From: Deltaproteobacteria bacterium GWA2_55_10
Lineage (GTDB): Bacteria > Desulfobacterota > GWC2-55-46
Reading direction: 5' to 3'
Assembly: GCA_001797415.1 (NCBI GenBank)
Contig: MGPL01000081.1
Location: 1 to 42,034, forward strand
DNA length: 42,034 nucleotides
Positions 33,529 through 41,042 of this stretch are shown here, piece by piece; position 1 is the stretch's first letter, and every line of letters begins with the position of its first letter. The notes below the pieces were generated by a model. It saw nothing but the letters and a program-made list of their open reading frames with translations, was not told where the DNA came from and ran no database searches. Both the position numbers and the translations under genes were made by a program.

Positions 33529-33557
33529 AGTCTAATTGAGGGTCTGTATGTTGTCAA
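33529..33557 (-). promoter_or_regulatory. Promoter for csp, giving a 5' UTR of about 110 nt
   Basis: On the minus strand: TTGACA (33557-33552), a 17-nt spacer, then TAGACT (33534-33529). Confidence 0.5.
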
Positions 33558-33582
33558 GGCAGCGCGGACGGATTTTTTCGCT

Positions 33583-34185
33583 TCAGGATTTCTTTTTTTG
33601 TCTTGCGATCAGGAACTCCCTGAACAGGAAAAGGGCCTTTGCCCTGTGGCTGATTTTATCCTTTTCTCCGGGGCCGAGTTCCGCCACGGTCACGCCCTTT
33701 TCCGGTACTATGAAGACCGGGTCATATCCGAAGCCGCCTTCTCCCTCAGGGCTCTCGGCGATGACGCCCTCGAACGAGCCTTCGAAAATCTCGTCGATGC
33801 CTTCCAGCTCGGCGTACGCGAGGGCGCACCTGAACCGGCCGCCCCTTTCATGAAGGGGCACGCCTTTGAGCTCCCTTAAAAGAAGCTCGTAGTTCTCCCT
33901 GTCGGTAGCATTCTCTCCCGCGTATCTCGCGGAGCGCACGCCAGGCCTGCCCTCGAGCGCGTCTACCTCAAGCCCCGAATCATCGGCAAGGGCCGGAAGG
34001 CCCGTAACTTCGGCGACGGCGCGCGCCTTGGCGCGCGCGTTCTCCCTGAACGTCTCCCCTGTCTCGGGCGGGAGGACAATCGCCGGGTACTCTTCAAGGG
34101 TAACAATTTCTATCGGGAGGCCCTTCAGGATATCCGCTATCTCACGGGCCTTTCCCCTGTTCTTTGTCGCTATCACCATTTTCAT
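33583..34185 (-). CDS. rdgB: Non-canonical purine NTP pyrophosphatase (RdgB/HAM1)
   Basis: 200 aa, with MKMVIATKNRGKAREI…, …ADDSGLEVDAL.GRPGV.SARY… and …GFGYDPVF…. Confidence 0.88.
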   Translation of the reverse strand: MKMVIATKNRGKAREIADILKGLPIEIVTLEEYPAIVLPPETGETFRENARAKARAVAEVTGLPALADDSGLEVDALEGRPGVRSARYAGENATDRENYELLLRELKGVPLHERGGRFRCALAYAELEGIDEIFEGSFEGVIAESPEGEGGFGYDPVFIVPEKGVTVAELGPGEKDKISHRAKALFLFREFLIARQKKKS

Positions 34186-34215
34186 TGGAAGACCCGGAAG
34201 GCGTATTGGAGGATT

Positions 34216-34962
34216 TTATCTGTGGGCGATCTTCAGCGTTTTTTTCTGAAAGACAGAAAGCTCTTCTATGCCTTTTGACGCAAGGTCAAGGAGCGCGCTC
34301 ATATCCTTTCTCGTGAACGGCTCCTGCTCTGCCGTCCCCTGCACCTCGATGAACCTGCCCTTGCCCGTCATGATGACGTTCATGTCAACGTCGGCCGAAG
34401 AGTCCTCCTCGTAGTTGAGGTCCAGCACAGGCTCTCCGCCGACGATGCCGACGCTTACGGCGGCTACCGAATCGAATAGGGGAATGGCGTCTATGACGCC
34501 CTTTTTCCTGAGTTCGTTCAGCGTGTCGTATACGGCGACATACGCGCCCGTTATCGACGCGGTCCTGGTGCCTCCGTCAGCCTGTATTACGTCGCAGTCT
34601 ATATATACCGTCCTCTCGCCCAATGCCTTCATGTCCGCCACGGCGCGGATGCTCCTGCCGATGAGCCTCTGTATCTCGTGGGTCCTGCCGCCGAGCTTGC
34701 CGGAGACAGCCTCCCGCATTATCCTCTTCTTTGACGACCTGGGCAGCATCGCGTACTCCGCCGTGAGCCAGCCCTTTCCCGTGCCGGCGAGAAAAGGCGG
34801 CACCCTTTCTTCCACGGTCGCCGCGCAGATGACCTTCGTATCGCCCATCTCTATAAGGACAGAGCCTTCGGCGAACTTGAGGTACTCCCTCGTTATCTTG
34901 ACCGGCCGGAGCTCGTCCGTCTTTCTGCCGTCAGTCCTCTTGTGCCTTGCCGCTGATCTCAA
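34216..34962 (-). CDS. rph: Ribonuclease PH
   Basis: [43 protein letters not shown]… The start overlaps the amidase gene by 32 nt. Confidence 0.9.
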   Translation of the reverse strand: MRSAARHKRTDGRKTDELRPVKITREYLKFAEGSVLIEMGDTKVICAATVEERVPPFLAGTGKGWLTAEYAMLPRSSKKRIMREAVSGKLGGRTHEIQRLIGRSIRAVADMKALGERTVYIDCDVIQADGGTRTASITGAYVAVYDTLNELRKKGVIDAIPLFDSVAAVSVGIVGGEPVLDLNYEEDSSADVDMNVIMTGKGRFIEVQGTAEQEPFTRKDMSALLDLASKGIEELSVFQKKTLKIAHR

Positions 34963-35758
34963 TATACCCTCTCTTCCTCGTGACTATATCCCTGAAGTTC
35001 AGTATGCCGTCCGCTATGGCCTCGGCGATCCTGGTCTGGTCCTTTGAAGAAGTAAGCAGCCGCTCTTCACCCGGGTTAGTGATGAATCCTACCTCCACGA
35101 GGACCGCGGGCATCGTGGCCCCCACGAGCACGGTAAAGTGGGCCTGCTTCACGCCCCTGCTCTCCCTGCCGGCGGACCCGAGCATGCTCGCGTGGACTAC
35201 TTCCGCAAGCTTCGAGCTCTCGTGATGCGACATGGTATTCGCGAGGTCGAGGAGGATATCCTTGAGGTCGCCTCCCTCTGCCTTCGCGATATCCTTCAGC
35301 CCCGCCGCGTTCGAGCTGTTCTCGAACGCGGCGACCCTCCTCGCGTCCTCGTCTGTCGCTTCGAAGTTCAGGAAGAAGGTCTCTATGCCTTTTGCCTCCC
35401 TGCTCTGGGCCGCGTTCGCGTGGATGCTTATAAAGAGGTCCGCGTTCATCCTGTTCGCGAACGCGGTGCGCTCCTCCAGCGGTATGAATACGTCGGCTGT
35501 CCTCGTGAGGAGCACCCGGACCTCGATGCGCTCTTTCAATACCTCGGCGAGCTTCAAGGCCAATTTGAGCGTAACGTCCTTTTCCTGTGTGCCTGAAGGC
35601 CCCTTTGCGCCGGTGTCGTCACCGCCGTGGCCCGGGTCTATGACTATGACGTTTATTCCGTCTTCGGCCGCAGGAGAGGCCTTGAGCGAACAAGCGCCCT
35701 GGACTGGACAGAGGAGCAGCAGACAGGATATTATAAGGGCGGCCAGGTACTTTCCCAT
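34931..35758 (-). CDS. N-acetylmuramoyl-L-alanine amidase (Amidase_3)
   Basis: Signal peptide followed by [18 protein letters not shown]…ISIHANA…. Confidence 0.85.
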   Translation of the reverse strand: MGKYLAALIISCLLLLCPVQGACSLKASPAAEDGINVIVIDPGHGGDDTGAKGPSGTQEKDVTLKLALKLAEVLKERIEVRVLLTRTADVFIPLEERTAFANRMNADLFISIHANAAQSREAKGIETFFLNFEATDEDARRVAAFENSSNAAGLKDIAKAEGGDLKDILLDLANTMSHHESSKLAEVVHASMLGSAGRESRGVKQAHFTVLVGATMPAVLVEVGFITNPGEERLLTSSKDQTRIAEAIADGILNFRDIVTRKRGYIEISGKAQED

Positions 35759-35806
35759 AACCAGCTTATTTTAGATTCAAAGCAAGCCTAAGTCAATCCC
35801 CCTGAT

Positions 35807-36886
35807 TTGACTGGCATTGGATACCTGATATCATTTATTTACAGCTTTTTTACACCTGAATTCTTTTTCGGAGCGAGCGTGGCAGTCTTATGGATCGAGT
35901 TCATAATCGTTGCGGCGGTGATAGTCGTAAGCGGGACCCAGATTTCAAAGTACGGGGACGTCATAGCCGAAAAGACCGGCATGGGGAGGGCATGGACAGG
36001 GCTCATCATGCTCGCGAGCATAACCTCGCTGCCGGAGTTCGTCACAGGCATAAGCGCCGTCACCGTCGCTGACGTGCCTGACATAGCCGTAGGCGATATC
36101 CTGGGCGCCTGCATACTCAACCTTCTCATACTGGCCCTTCTCGACCCCATGGACAAGGGCAGTCCCATATTCGTTAAAGTAGGCCGCTCTCATGTCCTGT
36201 CGGCGGGTTTCGGGATCATACTCCTGGGCATAGTTGCGGCGTCAATCGTATTGAAGCCTTTTGTACCTTCCTTTTTCCATATCGGCGCGTATACGCCAGT
36301 GATCATATTCATTTACCTCGTGGGCATAAGGGTCGTCTATTCGTATGAAAAGAAGTACCTGAGCACTGTCGCGGAAGAGACCGTGGCGAAGCTCATGTAC
36401 ACGCACATTTCGGGAAAAAAGGCGGCTGTCATGTACTCCCTGAACGCCCTGGTGATCATCATCGCGGCGTCTGCCCTGCCCTTCATAGCAAGAAGCCTCT
36501 CCAGGCAGACCGGGTTGGGCGAGGACTTCATGGGGACGGTGTTCGTGGCGTTCACGACGACGCTTCCGGAGATGGTCGTCTCATTTTCAGCCATAAGGAT
36601 AGGCGCGGCTGACCTGGCATTGGGCAACCTCCTGGGGAGCAACATGTTCAACGTGGCTCTCCTTGCCGTTGACGATGTCTTTTTCCTGGAGGGGCCGCTC
36701 CTCCTCAAGGTATCGGCTTCCCACGCGGTGACAGGGATAATGGCCATACTCATGACCGCTATCGTGCTTGTGAGCATAACCTACAGGCCTGAAAGAAAGG
36801 CCACGAGGTTCGGCTGGGATTCCATATCCATGATAGTCCTGGCGGTCCTCAATATATATCTCCTTTATCTCCTCAAGGACCAGTGA
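35807..36886 (+). CDS. CaCA-family cation/Ca2+ exchanger (YrbG-like)
   Basis: Polytopic, with two alpha-repeat-like segments (…ASITSLPEFVTGISAV… and …FTTTLPEMVVSFSAI…). The start is uncertain: either the TTG at 35807 or a downstream GTG near 35878 behind a GGAG. Confidence 0.7.
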   Translation: MTGIGYLISFIYSFFTPEFFFGASVAVLWIEFIIVAAVIVVSGTQISKYGDVIAEKTGMGRAWTGLIMLASITSLPEFVTGISAVTVADVPDIAVGDILGACILNLLILALLDPMDKGSPIFVKVGRSHVLSAGFGIILLGIVAASIVLKPFVPSFFHIGAYTPVIIFIYLVGIRVVYSYEKKYLSTVAEETVAKLMYTHISGKKAAVMYSLNALVIIIAASALPFIARSLSRQTGLGEDFMGTVFVAFTTTLPEMVVSFSAIRIGAADLALGNLLGSNMFNVALLAVDDVFFLEGPLLLKVSASHAVTGIMAILMTAIVLVSITYRPERKATRFGWDSISMIVLAVLNIYLLYLLKDQ

Positions 36887-37704
36887 TGAAGACCATAATC
36901 TTCACCGACCTTGACGGCACGCTCCTTGATTCGCGCTACTCCTTTGCGCCGGCTGCCCAGGCCTTGAAGAGGATAAAGGCCGAAGGCATACCGCTCGTGC
37001 TTGCCACGAGCAAATCGAGGCCCGAGACGGAGCTTATAAGGGAGATGCTCTCAAACGCCGACCCGTTCATAACGGAAAACGGCGGGGGCATATACATCCC
37101 TGCCTCGTATTTCCCTTTCCCGATAAAGGGAGAGGAGAAAAACGGCTACAGGGTAATAACGCTCGGCGCCGGTTACGAGGATCTCCGCCGGGCCCTTGCC
37201 GGGATAAGGGAGAAAAGCGGCAGGGACCTGTCGGGTTTCGGGGATATGACCGACGAAGAGGTGGCAGGCCTCACGGGGCTCACCCCGGCTGAGGCCGCTC
37301 TCGCAAAGATGAGGGAGTTCGACGAGCCCTTCATAATGAGGGACGGAAACCGGGAGGATGCCAGAAGGCTGGTGGAAGAGAGCGGCTATTCGTTCACGGC
37401 CGGCCGCTTCTTCCACATAACGGGGCAGAACGACAAGGGCAGGGCAGTCGAGATACTTACGACATTTTACAGGTCTGTCTACGGTAAGATAGCGACTGTC
37501 GGCGTCGGCAACTCTGAGAACGATATCCCGCTCCTCAGGAAAGTGGATTATCCCGTTCTGGTCATGAACGAGGACGGACGCTATGAAGAGGTGAACGGCG
37601 TACCCGGCCTCATCAAGGCCCACGGCATCGGGCCCGAGGGCTGGGACAGGGCTATCCCGGGCGTACTCGACACCATAAAGGCATCAGAGGGATATAAATG
37701 CTGA
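36886..37704 (+). CDS. HAD-IIB phosphatase of the mannosyl/glucosyl-3-phosphoglycerate phosphatase family
   Basis: MKTIIFTDLDGTLLDSRYSF…LVLATSKSRPE…GNSENDIPLL. The ATG shares one base with the exchanger stop (TGATG). Confidence 0.75.
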   Translation: MKTIIFTDLDGTLLDSRYSFAPAAQALKRIKAEGIPLVLATSKSRPETELIREMLSNADPFITENGGGIYIPASYFPFPIKGEEKNGYRVITLGAGYEDLRRALAGIREKSGRDLSGFGDMTDEEVAGLTGLTPAEAALAKMREFDEPFIMRDGNREDARRLVEESGYSFTAGRFFHITGQNDKGRAVEILTTFYRSVYGKIATVGVGNSENDIPLLRKVDYPVLVMNEDGRYEEVNGVPGLIKAHGIGPEGWDRAIPGVLDTIKASEGYKC

Positions 37705-37725
37705 CTGCGTAAACATACTGCGTTA

Positions 37726-37855
37726 TTCAGGCTGCTCAAAAAGCTCCATATGCGAGGCCCCGGTTAAACCGGGGAGCGAGGAATGAGGCGTACTCTTTTT
37801 GTACGCCTCATTGACGAGCAAGACAACAAAGCAGATGGACTTTTTCAGCAGACTG
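37726..37855 (+). repeat. Family-A repeat, copy A7 (perfect 12-bp central stem)
   Basis: Full-length match. The central hairpin is AATGAGGCGTAC-tcttttt-GTACGCCTCATT at 37782-37812. Confidence 0.9.
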
Positions 37856-37869
37856 CCAGGGGGCTTAAG

Positions 37870-39126
37870 ATGCCTCGTTCAGATATATCGACGGAGCAGG
37901 CGGCCCGGGCAATACCAGGCCCTGAGCAGGCCGACATCATCGTCGGCATAGCCAGCTACAACAACGCGAGGACCATCGGCCACGTAGTCCGCGCGGTCGA
38001 TGCCGGACTTGCCAAGTACTTCCCTTCCCAGAAGGCCATAATCGTAAATTCAGACGGCGGCTCCTCGGACAGCACGCCTGAGGCCGTTTTGGGCGCGAGC
38101 GTCGATCACAAGGCCATATTCCTCTCCCACAGGCTCACTACCGTCAACAGGATAACCTCGCCCTATCACGGCATACCGGGAAAGGGCAGCGCGTTCAAGG
38201 CCATTTTCGAGATGGCCGCGAGCCTGAATGCCAAGGCATGCTGCGTGGTCGACGCAGACCTCCGTTCCATAACGCCTGAGTGGATGGAGCTTCTGCTTTC
38301 GCCGGTCTACAAGGAGGCATTTGATTTCGTCGCGCCACTGTATACGCGCCACAAGTACGACGGCACCATCACGAATTCCATAATATACCCGCTCACGAGG
38401 GCCCTTTACGGCAGGAAGATCCGCCAGCCCATAGGCGGCGATTTCGGCTTCTCCGGCGAGATGGCGAGGTTCTATCTCCACCAGGACGTCTGGACATCGG
38501 ACATAGCGCGCTTCGGCATTGATATATGGATGACCACGGAGGCGCTCGCGGGCAACTTCAAGGTCTGCCAGTCCTATCTGGGCGCGAAGATACACGACCC
38601 CAAGGACCCTGGCGCAGACCTTCGCGACATGTTCGTCCAGGTCGTGGGTTCCCTCATGTCCCTCACCGAGAAGCACAACGCCGAATGGAAGAAGACACAC
38701 GACTCAAAAGAGGTGCCCACATTCGGATTCAAGTACTCCGTCGGGGTAGTGCCAATAAGGGTCAATACCGAAGGCATGCTCCGGAGCTTCAGGATAGGCG
38801 CGGAGAACCTCAAGGAGGTCTGGGCCGGTTTCATGGACAAGCCGGTCGTGGACTGGCTTGTGAAACTCAGCCATGAGGAAGCGGCCTCGTTCAGGTTCCC
38901 CAAAGAGACGTGGGTCGGGATAGTCTACGATTACATACTGGCCTATCACCACAAAAAGCTCCAGGCCGAGCATCTCTTGAAATCGCTCATACCGTTGTAC
39001 CACGGCCGCACGGCCTCTTTTTTCCTTGAGACCATGGACATGGGCGACGACGAGGCCGAGCAGGTGGTAGAGGATGTCGCCGCCGAGTACGAAAACCAGA
39101 AAGGTTACCTCGCAGGCAACTGGTAA
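37870..39126 (+). CDS. GT-A fold glycosyltransferase (GT2/GT81-like), possibly acting on a glycosyl-phosphoglycerate
   Basis: From ATG 37870, behind AGGGGG: …ADIIVGIASYNNARTIGHVV…VVDADLRSITPEW… The track start at 37783 is an ATG inside repeat A7. Confidence 0.65.
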   Translation: MPRSDISTEQAARAIPGPEQADIIVGIASYNNARTIGHVVRAVDAGLAKYFPSQKAIIVNSDGGSSDSTPEAVLGASVDHKAIFLSHRLTTVNRITSPYHGIPGKGSAFKAIFEMAASLNAKACCVVDADLRSITPEWMELLLSPVYKEAFDFVAPLYTRHKYDGTITNSIIYPLTRALYGRKIRQPIGGDFGFSGEMARFYLHQDVWTSDIARFGIDIWMTTEALAGNFKVCQSYLGAKIHDPKDPGADLRDMFVQVVGSLMSLTEKHNAEWKKTHDSKEVPTFGFKYSVGVVPIRVNTEGMLRSFRIGAENLKEVWAGFMDKPVVDWLVKLSHEEAASFRFPKETWVGIVYDYILAYHHKKLQAEHLLKSLIPLYHGRTASFFLETMDMGDDEAEQVVEDVAAEYENQKGYLAGNW

Positions 39127-39136
39127 GGGGGGATAA

Positions 39137-39829
39137 ATGGGAAATATAATAGACCGGCTTTCCGAGCGCCTTGGGACATTCGGGGAAAAACTCCTGGAAT
39201 TCATCCCCGACCTGCTCGTCATAGTCATAATAATCATATCCGGCTTCATCGCTGCGTCGATATTACGGTTTCTGCTGATTAAAGCATTCAGCGCCGTCAG
39301 GTTCGACGACTGGAGCGACCAGATAGGTCTTACCACCGCCTTCAAAAAAGCCGGTATCACGAGCCCGCCGTCGAGCTTCCTCGGGTCGTTCGTCTACTGG
39401 TTCACGGTCGTGCTATTCTTTGTCGCGGGTTTCGCCACGCTTGGCTTCAGGGTCACGGACGCCCTCGTCTCGATATTCTTCGCTTTCCTTCCGCGCTTTT
39501 TCACGGCGCTCATCATCGTCCTCTTCGGATTTTTTGTTACGAAGAACCTTGCAAGGGGCGTACTCATAGCGGGCGTGACTGCCGGGATAGAGTACTCCAA
39601 GGCCCTGAGCGAACTCGTTCGCGTGCTGCTCTTTGTGCTTGTATTCGCAATGGCATTGGAAGAGCTTGCGATAGCGCCCAGGGTTGTGCTTGCCGCTTTC
39701 GGGATATTCTTCGGCGCGATCGGGATTGCCGCGGCAGTCGCGTTCGGGATCGCCGGAAGGGATTACGCAAAGCGGGTGATCGATTATCTTCTGTCGAAGC
39801 GCGAAGGCAACGACATAGACCAGCTCTGA
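39137..39829 (+). CDS. Membrane protein with conserved-TM-helix repeats (mechanosensitive-channel-associated family)
   Basis: 230 aa. It has repeated segments of the LL.FIP.LL…I..G..IA type, as seen in TM_helix (MscS-associated) proteins. Confidence 0.55.
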   Translation: MGNIIDRLSERLGTFGEKLLEFIPDLLVIVIIIISGFIAASILRFLLIKAFSAVRFDDWSDQIGLTTAFKKAGITSPPSSFLGSFVYWFTVVLFFVAGFATLGFRVTDALVSIFFAFLPRFFTALIIVLFGFFVTKNLARGVLIAGVTAGIEYSKALSELVRVLLFVLVFAMALEELAIAPRVVLAAFGIFFGAIGIAAAVAFGIAGRDYAKRVIDYLLSKREGNDIDQL

Positions 39830-39907
39830 ATACCGCGCCCAAAGGTTGAAAGAAGACCGTCTTGATGTTACACTGCCTCAATACTGTCCGGAGGTATTGA
39901 GGAGCAG

Positions 39908-40969
39908 ATGGAGCAGTTCTTCAAATTCGAAAAGAGCTATGACGGGAGCCTGTGGAAGACACTGGCCTTCTTCGGCCTGGAATTCCTGATAATCCTCGCG
40001 GTTCTCCTCGTTGCGCGCCGGTTGACGCTGAGGTGGTTCGAGCGGCTGGCCGAGCGCACTGACACCAGGGCCGACGACTTCGTAATAGACTCAATCCGGC
40101 ACCCTTCCATATTCTGGGCAATAGCCGTAGCCCTCTATGTGACAATCGCCACGTCAGGGCTTCCGCCCGAGTATGTCAACTACGGCCTGCGCGCCCTTTA
40201 CGTACTCATTACCATCTCCGTCACAATCGCGGCCGCGAACATCCTGTCAAAGCTCGTGCAGGGCGCCATCGAGAAGTCCGCCGGGGGCGTGGCTGTCACC
40301 GGCCTTTCCCGAACGGTCATAAAGGCGGTCATATTCGCGATAGGCACACTCATAATCCTGAACGGCCTCGGAGTTTCGATAACTCCGATGCTCACGGCGC
40401 TCGGCGTCGGCGGCCTCGCCGTGGCCCTCGCCCTTCAGGATACGCTCTCAAACTTCTTCGCCGGGATGCACATATTGATGGAGCGGCCGGTGAGGGTCGG
40501 CGACTATATCAAGATGAGCACGGGGGAAGAGGGCTTTGTCAACGACATCGGCTGGAGGACGACCAGGATAAAGCAGCTGGCCAACAACATCATCATAGTG
40601 CCAAACAACAAGCTCGCGCAGAGCATCATCACCAACCACTCGATGCCTGATAACAAGATGGCCCTGCTGATGAAGATAGGCGTCAGCTACTCCTCCGACC
40701 CGGCTCACGTGGAGAAGGTCCTCGTCGACGAGGCGAGCAGGGCCGTGGGTGAGGTCCCGGGGCTCCTCGGCGACCCCAACCCGCCCTTCGTGAGGTTCAT
40801 TCCCGGCTTCGGCGACTACTCCCTTGACTTCACCCTCATCTGCCAGGTCGCCAGCTACGTCGACCAGTACCTTGTCCAGCACGAGCTGAGGAAGCGCATC
40901 TTCGAAAGGTTCAAGGCGGAAGGGATAGAGTTCCCCTTCCCCACAAGGACCATCCACATAAAGCAATAG
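39908..40969 (+). CDS. MscS-family mechanosensitive channel
   Basis: …GGLAVALALQDTLSNFFAGMHILMERPVRVGDYIKM…GFVNDIGWRTTRIKQLANNIIIVPNNKLAQSIITN… is the MscS TM3 and beta-domain signature. Confidence 0.85.
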   Translation: MEQFFKFEKSYDGSLWKTLAFFGLEFLIILAVLLVARRLTLRWFERLAERTDTRADDFVIDSIRHPSIFWAIAVALYVTIATSGLPPEYVNYGLRALYVLITISVTIAAANILSKLVQGAIEKSAGGVAVTGLSRTVIKAVIFAIGTLIILNGLGVSITPMLTALGVGGLAVALALQDTLSNFFAGMHILMERPVRVGDYIKMSTGEEGFVNDIGWRTTRIKQLANNIIIVPNNKLAQSIITNHSMPDNKMALLMKIGVSYSSDPAHVEKVLVDEASRAVGEVPGLLGDPNPPFVRFIPGFGDYSLDFTLICQVASYVDQYLVQHELRKRIFERFKAEGIEFPFPTRTIHIKQ

Positions 40970-41042
40970 TCCCGGTCTAATTGACATCCTGCTTAACGCA
41001 GCCTAACCTCTATTAGGCCCCCATCAAAAAAGGGAGGAGGAC

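Noticed and set aside
2248-37855. Family-A repeats as a CRISPR array or as integron attC sites
   Set aside because: The copies are 1.9 to 11 kb apart and are separated by ordinary housekeeping genes, so this is not a repeat-spacer array. GTTAAAT/GTTAAAC resembles an attC R' core, and its complement resembles R''. However, the core-like motifs occur in the wrong order for attC on either strand, and no integrase or cassette-like gene organisation is present.
37783-37869. N-terminal extensions of real genes that start inside family-A repeats (37783 for the GT, 33004 for gltA, 26939 for ackA, 2259 for modA)
   Set aside because: In each case the extension is encoded by repeat sequence. A downstream in-frame start restores the canonical family N-terminus, and for the GT, gltA and modA there is a better ribosome-binding site or signal peptide.
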